Shown here: positions 49,679 through 61,935 of the stretch, piece by piece
Layout of the letters: each line of letters begins with the position of its first letter
How positions within the stretch are numbered: position 1 is the first letter of the stretch
Source of the DNA: Scyliorhinus canicula
Taxonomy: Eukaryota
Direction: 5' to 3'
NCBI RefSeq assembly: GCF_902713615.1
Contig: NC_052170.1
Span: 9,410,744-9,474,743 of the forward strand
DNA length: 64,000 bases
Notes under the pieces: generated by a model
Told to the model about the DNA's origin: nothing
The model's input: the letters and a program-made list of their open reading frames with translations, nothing else
Databases searched by the model: none
Made by a program: the position numbers and the translations under genes

Positions 49679-49860
49679 GATGAAGTGATGAATCAAGGCA
49701 AAGCCTTCTTCACCAGCGTCCTGGCTGCCGTCTCGGAAAAGCAGCTCATTCGACTCGAGTGTCTATGGCGACTGAATGTCGCTGGTGGCGACTTCCACAG
49801 GGGGGCGAAGCTGTACAGCCTGAGTGTGGTCCAGGCATCTGAGGCTATTGGAAGTGAGAG
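49679..49860 (+). CDS. Uncharacterised protein, exon 6
   Basis: TTTTTCAG|GAT; DEVMNQGKAFFTSVLAAVSEKQLIRLECLWRLNVAGGDFHRGAKLYSLSVVQASEAIGSE; AG|GTAAAG; phase 0 to 2. Confidence 0.85.
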
Positions 49861-50302
49861 GTAAAGGACACGGGTGTGCGGCCTGCCATCTAAGGCATTG
49901 GCGGGTTCTACAGAGCTGTCAGCAAGCCAACATTCCTTTCACTGTGGTTAGCACTGCTGCCTCACAGCACCAGGGTCCCGGGTTCGTTTCCCGGCTTGGG
50001 TCACTGTCTGTGCGGAGTCTGCACATTCTCCCTGTGTCCACGTGGGTTTCCTCCGGGTGCTCCGGTTTCCTCCCGCAGTCCAAAGATGTGCAGGCCAGGT
50101 GGATTGGCCATGATAAATTCCCCTTCAGGTAAGCCGCGGGGAGGACACAAAGAGGTGCGGACAGGTTAACTGAGTGGGCAACAAGATGTTAGGTGGAATA
50201 TAACGTGGACAAGCGTGAAGTTATTCACGTTACTCTTAAGCAGAACATTTTTTAAAGGTGTGAAACTCCTATGTATTAATGTTCAAAGGGACTTGAGATA
50301 AG

Positions 50303-50573
50303 TGTGGTAGTATCACTAGGGGTATTACGGTACCTGGGAATGTGAGCTGTCATTGGTGCAGAGGGCTCGCTGCCCATTGGCCCAAGTATCGTGTTCTCCG
50401 TATTCCTATTGGCTAAGAGGAAGGTAGCTCCACCTACGAGGCGGGGTATAAGAACCCATGTTCCCCAGCAGCCAGGGCATTTCCTGTACGTCTGCAGCCG
50501 GGCTCACTTCTTGCTGATTAAAGCCTTTCGTTTCGGACTTCATCTACGTTTCGTGTCCATTGATTGTGCATCA
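50303..50573 (+). mobile_element. Solo LTR
   Basis: TGTGGT...CATCA termini, 5-bp TSD ATAAG, internal TATAA and ATTAAA. Confidence 0.85.
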
Positions 50574-52264
50574 ATAAGGAATGCAGTAAGTTAGCATGCA
50601 AGTGCAGAAGGCCATTAGGAAGGCAAATGGAATCATAGAATCCCTACTGTGCAGAAGGAGGCCATTCGGCCCATTGAGCTTGCACCAACCCTCTGAACGA
50701 GTGCCCTGCCTAGGCCCACGCCCCTACCCTATGCCCGTAACCCCACCTAACCTGCACATCTTGGAACACTAAGGGGCAATTTAGTATCGTCAATCCACCT
50801 AACCCTCAAGATGGCACAGTGGTTAACACTGCTGCCTCACAGCGGCAGGGACCCGGGTTCGATTTTGGCCTTGTGTGACTGTGCGGAGTATGCACGTTCT
50901 CCCCATGACTGCGTGGATTTCCTCCGGGCGCTCCAGTTTCCTCCCACAGTCCAAAGATGCACAGGTTAGGTGGATTGGCAGTACTAAATTGCCCTTTAGT
51001 TTCCAAAAGGTTAGGTGTGGCTATGGGTTACAGGGATGGGGGGGGAGGGGGGGGGGGGGGAGGGGGGGGGAGGGGGGGGGAATGGACTTAGGTGGGGTGC
51101 TCTTTCAGAGGGTCTGTTTCGACTCAATGGGCCAAATGTCCTTCTTCTGCGCTGTTGGAACTCTATGACCTGTGATCCTTGGACTGGTGGAGGAAACCGG
51201 AGCACCCGGAGGAAACCCACGCAGACGCGGGGGAGAACGTGCAAACTCCACACAATCACCCAAGGCTGGAATTGAACCCGGTTCCCTGGCGCTGTGAGGC
51301 AGCAGTGCTAACCACAGTGAAAGGAATGTTGGCTTTATTCCAAGGGGATTGGAGCACAAGAAAGAAGGCTTGCTGCATGGTATTGTGTTTTGGTGAGACC
51401 ATGTCTGGAATACCGTGTTCAGTTTTGGTCTCCATGTTTAAGAAAAGATATACTCGCATCGAAGGAGGTGGCAAGGAAGATTTGCTAAAAGGTCCCTGGG
51501 ATGAGGGGGTCAACCTATAATCAGAGGCTGACTAAATTGGGCTTACATTCTCTGGAATTTATTATTAATAATACTGATAATAATCTTTGTTATTGTCACA
51601 AGTAGGCTTACATTAACACTGCAATGAAGTTATTGTGAAAAGCCCCTAGTCGCCACACTCCGGCGCCTGTTCGGGTACACAGAGGGAGAATTCAGAATGT
51701 CCAATTCACCTACCAAGCACGTCTTTCGGCACTTGTGGGAGGAAACCGGAGCACCCGGAGGAAACCCACGCAGACACGGGGAGAACGTGCAGACTCCGCA
51801 CAGTCAGTGACCCAAGCCGGGAATCGGACCAGTGACCCTGGCGCTGTGAAGCAGCAGTGCTAACCGCTGTGCTACCATGTTTAGAATAAAGATCTCATTA
51901 AAACCTTCAGAATTCTGCAGGGGTTTGAGATGGTAGGCACTGAGAGGTTGTTTGCGCTGGCCAGAGAATCCAAAACACAGGGTGGGGTTGTAGGTGCTCT
52001 GTAGCCGAATACATTTAAGGCTTTGTATTGAATGGCGGAGCAGGCTCGATGGGCCGAATGGTCTACTCCTGCTCCTAGCTCTCGTGTCCTTGTGCAAGTT
52101 CTTCAATATATTTGAGATAGGATTATGCAGAGATGCTGAATTAAAATGTGGTTTTGACTAAAGTCAAAGGTGAACCTATGCAAGTAAAAACGGAAAATGG
52201 TGACATAGGTTCCTCCACTCCCCAACAAAACACCGATCTCTCATTCCTTTTCCTCCCTCTGCAG

Positions 52265-52419
52265 GATTTTTGATTTCTCCGAACATCCACTAATCCATCT
52301 GTATTCCAGCGTCTTCCTCCAACGGACCCATGCGGAAGCCTATTACCGGATATTTATCCTGAGAGAGCAGGCGACTGATAAAGACTTGCAACAGCCACGG
52401 ACCCGAGCCACTTATCAAT
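52265..52419 (+). CDS. Uncharacterised protein, exon 7
   Basis: CTCTGCAG|G; (R)IFDFSEHPLIHLYSSVFLQRTHAEAYYRIFILREQATDKDLQQPRTRATYQ; donor T|GTAGGT, phase 2 to 1. Confidence 0.85.
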
Positions 52420-52584
52420 GTAGGTATTGCACAGGGTCAAAATATAATTGTCACTGGCGGCACGGCGGCGCAGCCGTTAGCCCTGCTGCCTCACGGCACC
52501 GAGGTCCCGGGTTCGCACCCGGTCCCGGGTCACTGTCCGTGTGGAGTTTGCACATTCTCCCCGTGTCTGCGTGGGTCTCACCCC

Positions 52585-53056
52585 TGTGGTGATATGCATC
52601 ACTGTAGATACACAAGGGGTTAATGTAAGTACATGTAGACTAGCTAGACACTAGAGGGAGCACCAGAGACATGACACACAGACACTCAACCAATAGGTCA
52701 GTAAGATAGGACACGACCAATGGGCATTCACGATACACACAGAGGTGACACTACCACAGGGGGGGCATTACACCAACCCATATATAAAGGACACAGCGCA
52801 GATGATCTTCCTCTTTCCGGTGGAGACACTTAGTGAGTACAGACACAGGGTTGATTCAACATCACACCCACCACGTGGATTGTAGCAGACTGGTTCGTCA
52901 GTCTGAGTAGCTATAGAAGGATTAACAGTAGTGGCAAACCCGAGTAGGAGAATTGTAAATAGTTTAATAAACGTGTTGAAGTTATCTCCCCGTCTGAACC
53001 TTCCTTTGTCAGAGTGAACATCAAGGAAGCAGCTTTGCCAAGAGCAGAACAAGACA
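52585..53056 (+). mobile_element. Solo LTR inserted into a SINE
   Basis: TG...CA, 5-bp TSD ACCCC, TATATAAA and AATAAA; splits the SINE at 52457-53150. Confidence 0.85.
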
Positions 53057-55706
53057 ACCCCCACGACCCAAAGATGTGCAGGCTAGGTGGATTGGCCAAG
53101 CTAAATTGCCCCTTAATAAGAAAAATAAATTGGGTACTTTAAATTTAAAAAAATATATAATTGTATCATGTGAACCTCCCTACAAAAGGTTGCTCAGTGT
53201 CCTGTCTGGGTCTGTGCTGACCCTAACTCTCTCCCAACGTTATTTAGTCTAATCCTGCACCCCACACCTATTGAATATTTTCAATTTGCACCACCACAGA
53301 ATTAAAACCTGGAACGAAAAGTTTAATGGTGTCCATGAAACCATTGTCGATTGTCGTAAAAACCCATCTGGTTCACTAATGTCCTTCAGGGAAGGAAATC
53401 TGCTGTCCTTACCCTGTCTGGCCTGTAGGGGGCTCCAGAGCCATTGCAATGTGGTTGACCCTTAAATGTCCTCTGAAATGTCCCAGCGAGCCATTCAATT
53501 TAAGGACAATTATGGACTGGTTTGGTCAGTGACGCCCACATTCCACCCATAGAATCCATAGAGTCGGGCGGCACATGGCGCAGTGGTTAGCTCTGGGACT
53601 GCGGTACGGAGGATCCAGGTTCGAATCCAGGCCCTGGGTCACTGTCCGTGTCTGCGTGGGTCTCATCCCCACAACCCAAAGATGTGCAGGTCAGGTGCGT
53701 TGGCCACACTAAATTGCCCCTTAATTGGAAAAAGAAAAGAATTGGGCATTCTAAATTTATTTATTTTTTAAATCTAGAATCCATAGAGTGCAGAAGGAGG
53801 CCATTTGGCCCATCGAGTCTGCAACGGCCCTCCGAAAGAGCACCCTACCTAGGCCCACTCCACTGCCCTACCCCACCTTAACCTGCACAACTTTGGACAC
53901 TAAGGGGCAATTTAGTGTGGTCGATCCACCTAACCTGCGCAGCTTTTGGACTGTGGGAGGAAACCCACTCAGACACGGGGAGAACGTGTAAACTCCACAC
54001 AGACAGTGACCCGAGGCCGGAATCGAACCCGAGACCCTGGCGCTGTGAGACAGCCGTGCTAACCACTTGTGGCACCCCAATGAATGAGTTTTTAAAAATC
54101 CAGGAGCTAGCGTTGGCAGTATTAGGCACCAGAACTTTAATGTGTTCATTTAACAGAGGGAACATAAGTAGTAGGAGAAGGAGTTAATTAGGATCATTAA
54201 GGTAATGGTTGATCTTCCGCCTCAACTCCACTTTCCCACACTGATCCCATATCCACTGATTTCTCTCCTCTCCTAAATCTATCCATTTCAGAGTTGAATA
54301 CACTCAACGACTTGGTACCCACAGCCCTCCGGACTAGAGAGTTCCAAGGTTCTGAGTGCAAGAAATGTATCCTCATCGCAAGAGGCTTGTGAATCTTCCA
54401 AATTCTTTAACCCAGAGGGCTGGTGTTCCTCAGTCACAAATGCTGGTGAAGGATCTGGGTGTCCTTGTACAGGAAGTGCGGACAGCTGACATCATAGTAC
54501 GGCAAGCCATTAGGAAGGCAAATTGCTACGGCGCTGAGGACCTGGGTTCGAATCCCGGCTCTGGGTCACTGTCCGTGTGGAGTTTGCCCATTCTCCCCGT
54601 GTCTGCGTGGGTTTCGCCCCCACAATCCAAAAGATGTGCAGGATAGGCGGATTGGCCACGCTAAATTGCCCCTTAATTGGAAAAAATAATTAGGTACTCT
54701 AAATTTATTTTTTAAAAAGAAAAAAAAAGGAAGGCAAATAGAATGTTAGCCTGTATTGCAAGGGGATGAGAATACGAGAGTAAAGGAAATCTTGTACAGG
54801 GTTTTAGTGAGACGTCACCTGGAACATTGTGTACAGTTTGGTTTTCATACCTCAGGTAGGACACATCTTGTTTGTTCTTTCTCAGGATTTGGGCCTCGCT
54901 GGCTAGGCCCAGCATTTATTGCCCTTCCCTAATTGCCCATGAGAGGGCGGCAGTGAGCTGCCTTCTTGAACCGCTGCCATCCATGTGGAGTACATGTGAG
55001 CAAGAAGCAAGAGCAGAAATCCGGACCCTCGAGCAAGCTCTGCCATTTCATAAGATCTCGGCTGATCACGGAGTCACCTCATATCTGCATCCCACCTTCC
55101 CCCCCCCCCAGTAACCTTCCACCCCCTCGCTTGCCAAGAATCTATCCATCTCTGCCTTCAAAATATTCAAATAATAATAATATTCGCATCCACCCTGTCA
55201 ATCTCCTCAGGATCTTGTACGTTTCAATCAAGTCTCTTACTCTCCTAAACTCTAGTGGGTGCGATCCTAACCTTTTGCTTTATAAATTTAGAGTACCCAA
55301 TTCATTTTTTCAATTGAGGGGCAATTTAGCCTGGCCAATCCACCTACCCTGCACATCTTTGGGTTGTGGGGTAGAAACCCACGCAAACACTGGGAGAATG
55401 TGCAAACTCCACACGGACAGTGACCCAGAGCTGGGATCGAACCCGGGACCTCGGCGCTGTGAGGCAGCAGTGCTACCCACTGCGCCGCCGTGCTGCCCAA
55501 GGGTACAATGTTAACCTGTTCAGCGGAGACCATGATGGGGGAGGAGACCGGGAAAGTGGGGGGAGAGATGCAGAGGGGGCGGGGGTCGACCGGGTTGGAG
55601 GAGACTGGAAGGTTGGGGTTGGGAGCGGTGCGGGAGGGTCAGGGTGGGAGGTGGTTGGGTCGGGGGTCGGGAATGGGTGTGGTGTGGGGGATCTGCTGGG
55701 GGAGGG

Positions 55707-55708
<2 letters not shown>

Positions 55709-55743
<35 letters not shown>
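55709..55743. repeat. (GT)n microsatellite
   Basis: About 17 perfect GT units. Confidence 0.95.
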
Positions 55744-55745
<2 letters not shown>

Positions 55746-57598
55746 CGCGTGCGCGTGCATGTCCCGTGTCAGACTGGCCCTGGGTGTTTAAACTGTTACT
55801 CTCGAGTCAGAAGTGATTTTTTCAGGGCAGCATGTGGCGCAGTGGTTAGCACTGGGACTGCGGCGCTGAGGACCCGGGTTCGAATCCCGGCCCTGGGTCA
55901 CTGTCTGTGTGGAGTTTGCACATTCTCCCCATGTCTGCGTGGGTTTCACCCCCACAACCCAAAGATGTGCAGGTTAGGTGGATTGGCCACGCTAAATTGC
56001 CACTTAATTGGAAAAAAATAATTGGCTACTCTAAATTTATAAAAAAAAAAGAAGTGATTTTTTCTTTCCCCTCTAACTCTTTCAGAGTAACAATCAGGGT
56101 AAAATGGCAGCACCATCTGAAGTTTGCAATTTAAACCCCGTCTGTCGGATGGTTCACAGCCCAGTGCAATTGTTCAGAGGAAATTAGCACTTCTGAGCAA
56201 TTGCCAGGTAAACCGTTACGTGGTAACTTCCTGGAGAGATTCCCCTGCGCGTTATTGGGGTATCTCCTAAATGCGACGCTGTGGAACGGAAGTTATGAGC
56301 CAATAGGCTTCACTTCTATTCTTTCTGCCAAAATGGATAATATCAAATTTTCCCACATTATACCCCACTTACCAGATCTTTGCCCACTCACTTAACCCTA
56401 TCTATGTTGCTTTTGTAGCCTCCTTATGTCCTCTTCACAACTTACGTTCCTACCTATCTTTGTGTCATCGGCAAATTTAACAAGCCTACCTTTAATCCCT
56501 TCATCCAGGTCATTTATATAAATTGCAAACAATTGAGATTCCAGCGCTGATCCCTTTGGCACATTACTTGTTACATTTTGTGAACCTGGAAAATCCCCAT
56601 TTATGTCTGCTCTCCGCTTCCTGTTAGCTCGCCAATCTTCTATTCATATTACCCCCGATAATATGATCTTTTATTTTCTGCAATAACCTCTTGCGTGGCA
56701 TTTCATCAAAGTGTTGATACACCCCAAGTGCTGTTTTGTATGAAAGATGGGGAAACAAGTGTATGTTTGGGCTGCTTCTTAGGACGAGAGGGTGTACTAG
56801 GAGGAGAGATTGTGTAGAATGAGTCTATATCGCCTGGAGTTGAGAAGAATGAGGATAATCTAATTGAAGCATATAAAATTCGGACAGGGCTTGACCGGAT
56901 AAATGCTGAGAGAAGGGACCCGGTCTCTATTCCGGCGTCTGTGCAGAGTCTGCACGTTCTCCCCGTGTCTGCCTGGGTTTCCTCCGGGTGCTCCGGTTTC
57001 TTCCCACAGTCCAAAGATGTGAAGGTTAGGTGGATTGGCCGTGTTAAATTGCCCCTTAATGTACAACAGGTTTGGTGGGTTTCCGGGGTTACAGGGATAA
57101 GGTGGAGGCGTGGGTTTAAGTAAGGTGCTCTTTCCAAGGGACGGTGCAGACTCGATGGGCCGAATGGCCTCCTTCTTCACTGTCAATTGTATCTATGCTG
57201 GGGAGTCTAAAATTGGGTTATAATCTCCGGGTAAGACTGAGATAAGGATACATTTTGTGAGTCTTTGGAATTCTCTGTGCTCAGAATAACACTGAGATTG
57301 ATAGAAGTTTGGATGCGAAGGAAATCAAGGGCTTTGAGGAATAGGTAGAAAATCAACTATGATCTTATTGAATGGTGGAGCAGACTCCTGCCCCGATTTC
57401 TTATGCATGGTATCATTATCATTCCTCGCTGTTATACTTTGTCAATCGTTCTATTTCCTAGCTGCTTAGAGTCACCATACAGCCAGAATGATGATGACTG
57501 TCCACTTTCCCATCAATCGCACTTGGAGATTGCACTTTGACCTACAGGGCAGAGTCAATGTTCACTTGGTTTGTCAGTTGTGTTTTCTGTGCCAATAG

Positions 57599-57891
57599 TT
57601 CGGGGTGACGGACGGACGAGCAGGGTCGCCGTGAAAAGCATTTCGCCCCCTCCCAAGGCGCCGCTCCAGGGGTTTCAGTACGCAGTGCGAGGCGATGACA
57701 CTCCAGACGCCAGCTCCATCCTGGAGCCTGTCAGGGGGAGCATGATGCAGAGAATTGCCCGCACCCCCTTGATGACGGGAGCATTCAACATCACTTACCT
57801 CTCCGTACTGATCATCCTCACGGAGCTGGGAAATGCTGGGAATCAGGAAGGCGAGCCTCAGATGACAGACACAGATCGAGGCCAACAGGAG
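57599..57891 (+). CDS. Uncharacterised protein, exon 8
   Basis: CCAATAG|TT; (F)RGDGRTSRVAVKSISPPPKAPLQGFQYAVRGDDTPDASSILEPVRGSMMQRIARTPLMTGAFNITYLSVLIILTELGNAGNQEGEPQMTDTDRGQQE; GAG|GTAAGA; phase 1 to 0. Confidence 0.8.
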
Positions 57892-58124
57892 GTAAGAGGC
57901 AGTCGATGGGATGACCCGCTCCCCGGTATTTGTCGAAACGAAAAGGGGACATGTGCATTTATTTCACAGCCTCAAGAAATTCCAAAGTGTCTCACAGCCA
58001 ACAAAATAGGTTTTGAAGTGTAATCGCTGTTGTAACATAAGAAATGTGGCAGCCATCTGACCAGATCGTCTGCTGTTCAGTAATGTTGGTCAGGTGAGAG
58101 ATTGGCTGGGCCAATCGCAGTCGG

Positions 58125-58740
58125 TGATCGGGCGGAGAATCCTAAGGCCGGAATCGGGGGCGGTGCCTGTTTGATGCCCCCTCTGACACGGCGTCACCGC
58201 GGCGCACTCTGCAGGCCACTTGGACGACCTTCACGCGTCACCTGAAGGCCCGCCCCTGATGCTCCGCCCCCGATGCTCCGCCCCCGATGCTCCGCCCCGA
58301 TGCCCCGCCCCCGATGCTCCGCCCCCGATGGGCCCAGTTCCCGACCGCGCGGTTGACGTGTGGTCTCAACGTTCGGGGACCTGGCACGGCGGCTGCGGAC
58401 TGTGTCCAGCACCATCACAGTCGGGGGGGGGGGGGGGTGCTGCCGCCTGGGGGGGGGGCTTCCATGAGGGCTGGGGGGACTGGTCGGGGGTGGCCAGGGT
58501 CAGGGGGGCACAATCTGGCAGGCTGGATCCCTGCACGGCCGGTGCCATGTTGTAAGGCGTGACCGCTGCAGGTCGTCGCTGTGGGTATGCGCGGCCACGG
58601 ACTCGGCAATTCTCCGGCTGTTTATATCGTGGAAGCCGGGGGTTTTATGCAGGATCGGTGCGGAGGCAGTGCCAAATGTTTTTCACGTAAAACAACACAA
58701 TTCCTCCGCACTTAGCCTCAGAAACGGAGAATCCAGCCCC
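58125..58740. repeat. GC/CpG-rich interspersed repeat (probable MITE family)
   Basis: Ends GGAGAATCCAGCCC like the GC-rich element ending GGAGAATCCCGCC at 42462; internal (CCCCGATGCTCCG)n repeats. Confidence 0.5.
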
Positions 58741-58817
58741 ACGTATTGTTACCAGAATGAATCAAACTCATTTAGATTCAGCGGCTATCGCCCATGTGTC
58801 GTTCCTATATTCCCCAG

Positions 58818-58925
58818 GCTTTGGTGCAACTTCACAGGTTCTTGCATGGCTCCGGCTGTCAAATGTGGAACATCTTAAACCTCATCGAAACCATCTGCAA
58901 GCTCCTGGAATCTGACGACATAGAG
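58818..58925 (+). CDS. Uncharacterised protein, exon 9
   Basis: TTCCCCAG|GCT; ALVQLHRFLHGSGCQMWNILNLIETICKLLESDDIE; GAG|GTAAAG; phase 0 to 0. Confidence 0.85.
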
Positions 58926-59479
58926 GTAAAGGCACTTACAATGTTAATTTAATAGAACATCAGATCACAGCAGCCAAGTCGCTGAGTGTCTTTAAAACAG
59001 AGATAGATAGGTTCTTAATCAGTAATGGGATCAGGGGTTATGGGGAGAAGTCGGGAGGATGGGGATGAGAAACATATCAGCCATGATTTAATGGCGGAGC
59101 AGATTCAATGGGCCGAATAGCCTCATTCTGCTTCTATATCTTATGGTCTTATGTTCTTTCCAGATGCACTGATGGAATTGATGCAATGCCTTTTCTGTGC
59201 CTTTTTGATTTCCCCCCCTCCTGAAGTCACTGATTGTTACTGGGTGCAGTTGCAAGGTTGGATACAGTTCCCACTTCCACAACTTCACTCAATGAGTTAT
59301 ATTTTCATTTGGGACCCTTGACATTGGGTATTGAGCAGCAACCTCATCACAGGGGACAACCAAAATCAGCCATGACTGATCCTCAGTAGACATCCCGCCG
59401 CATTTCGTATAGATCTGTAGCCATATCAAAGCCTCGGGAGTGAGTAGGGTAGTTACCATTTCTGGATTCTCCAGCATCA

Positions 59480-60270
59480 ACATGCTGGTGGTCACCATGG
59501 ATCAGAAACTGAACTGGACTAGCCTTATGGATACTGTGGCTACACAAGCAGCCACAGGTCAGAGTCTAGGAATCCTGTGGTGAGTAACTCACCTCCTGAC
59601 ACCCCGACGCCTGTCCACTATCTGCAAGGCACAAGTCAGGAGTGCGATGGAATACTCCCCACGCACCTGGATGAGTGCAGCTCCAACAACACTCGAGAGG
59701 CTTCGCACTTCGCACAATCCACAGCAAAGCCGCCAACTTGATTGGCATTGTTCCACAAACATCCACTTCCTCCCTCCTCCACCACTGACGCACAGTGGCG
59801 GCCGTGTGTACCATCTACAAGATGCAGGCAGAAGCTCAGCAAGGCACCTTCCAAACCCACAATCACGACCATCTCGATGGACAAGGGCAGCAGATACCTT
59901 GGACCACACTTGATCAGCTCTGCTGGTCGGGCCACATCGACCCAATGCCTGGCATGAGGCTCCCGAAACAGGTGCTCTACTCAGACCTCCAAGATGGCAG
60001 GCGAGCCGCAGGTGGGCTGCGGACACACTTCAAGGGCACCCTCAAAGCTCCCTTGCAAAAGTGCAACATCTCCACCGAAGACCGGGGAATCCCTGGTTCA
60101 AGGCCATCCAGCCAGGGGGTTGTGGGGGGGGAGGTCGTCGGCAGTGAAGGGACCGCATGGCAACCCTGGTTCCCCCACCCACCCGTTCCTCCAACCACCG
60201 TCTGCCCGCCTGTGACAGGGACTGGAGGTTGTGCACTGGACTCTGCAATCTTCTTTGATTATGCTGACTT
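59480..60270 (+). mobile_element. Adjacent degraded LINE fragments (CR1/L2-like followed by RTE-like)
   Basis: AAGGCACAAGTCAGGAGTGCGATGGAATACTC (KAQVRS.MEY motif), then WSGHI..MPGMRLPKQVLYSDLQDGRR..GG....FKGTLKA (RTE signature). Confidence 0.65.
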
Positions 60271-61155
60271 TGAATCTTGATGTGGTAATGTTAACAAAGA
60301 ACATCAGACTTTGTTTTACAACAAAACTATTTATTACTAACACTACTCTAAAGGATTACTATAATGTCTAAGATTAATACAGTTGGAAATAATGGTCTAA
60401 CACTAACTTGCACTAAGATACTGCAAAGCTATTCTTGTATGCGACTGCTAGGAACTCCTCACTAACACCTTGTCCTGGAACACATGGTGCGTCCGGGTCA
60501 CGTGCCTGCATATTGCACCACCTGCTGGTCGGATGCTAGAACAATAAAACATATAACTTATGATGCACATACAGATGATGATGATCTGCTCTTATTAAAT
60601 ACAGATGATAGTCTACCTATCACCACAGACTCCTCAGTCTCGGCCAAGGTGGACAGCCTAAGGAGATAACCCTGTGAGTCCTTTGTCAATCAAGAATCTA
60701 TCAGACACAGGGCGGCAGGGTGGCGCAGTGGGTTAGCATAGCTGTCTCACGGCACTGAAGACCCAGGTTCCATCCCGGGCCAGGTCACTGTCCGTGTGGA
60801 GTTTGCACATTCTCCCCGTGTTTGCATGGGCTTTGCCCCCACAACCCAAAGATGTACAGGGTAGGTGGATTGGCCAGGCTAAATTGCCCCTTAATTGGAA
60901 AAAATGAATTGGGTACTCTAAATTTATTTTTAATAATCTATCAACTACAGCCTCTTAAACTCCTGGTTTGATTGTGTGAAAGGCGCGATATCAGTGAAAG
61001 TGGTTCGTGCTGAGAAACAGAACAGAATAATTAACTTAATCCCAGATTCTCCACCGTTGGGAGCAGCTCTCACTGAGACGGTGTGTAAATTGGGCCTTTG
61101 ACTTTGGTAAATCACTCGCCTTGCGTACAATTGATGGTACATCACACTGTTCCAG

Positions 61156-61350
61156 GTCCAACGTGGCGAGATCTATCCAATCCTGGCTGGAAAAATCCAC
61201 AAACTGATTTCGGATTTTCTGAGATTCGATTATCGGACCGTCTCGTCTGATTTCGTGATTCTCAGCAAAGCTTTGAGGAAGGGGTTGGAGTTGGCATTGG
61301 ACGGTTTATCTGAAAAACCCCACAGCAAACTACTGGACCAGTTCAGAAAG
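61156..61350 (+). CDS. Uncharacterised protein, exon 10 (gene continues beyond the window)
   Basis: TGTTCCAG|GTC; VQRGEIYPILAGKIHKLISDFLRFDYRTVSSDFVILSKALRKGLELALDGLSEKPHSKLLDQFRK; AAG|GTAGGC; phase 0 to 0. Confidence 0.85.
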
Positions 61351-61550
61351 GTAGGCAGAGTTAAAGTGATACGGTTGCCAAGCGATTACACCGCCCTTGC
61401 TTCTCACGGGCGTCCGGCTGTACTTGCAAAGGACGCTAACTATTTACCATCACCTTAGGCACCGCTTAAACCACGTTAAGCGTGGAGGCTGCCACATGCC
61501 CTTCTATTGCTCTCGAGTTTTAAATCACTGATTTCAGTCACAGTCATGTC

Positions 61551-61935
61551 TGAAGTGTTGGCTAGTGTAGACTTGAGAGATGAACAGACACTTCCAACAC
61601 TGACGAAGGCTCAACTCAATTTTATTAACTACTTCTAACTAACTAACACACGATGACTGTGGGTCTAAATGATGCTAACTTAAACTAGAGACCTAAGCCT
61701 TGTCCGAACCAGTTGATTCTCTCAGCACGTGGTGTGAGTCTGTGCTGGGCTGGATGAGTTCTTGTTACACTCAGAGGCAGCACCCAGAATGAGCGGGAAC
61801 CATGGTGCCCTCTGCCTTTATAGTGGGTGTATTCTAACTGGTGATTGGCTGCGGTGTTTGTACATGTTGATTGGTCCCTGTGTGTGTCCATCAGTGTGTG
61901 TCTGCACCATGTATATTATGGTGTATATTATGACA
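61551..61935 (-). mobile_element. Solo LTR, same family as 44408-45616
   Basis: TG...CA termini, 5-bp TSD ATGTC (61546-61550 and 61936-61940). Confidence 0.9.

Noticed and set aside
52420-52423. Alternative donor TAG|GTATTG for exon 7
   Set aside because: Gives phase 2, which does not fit the phase-1 start of exon 8
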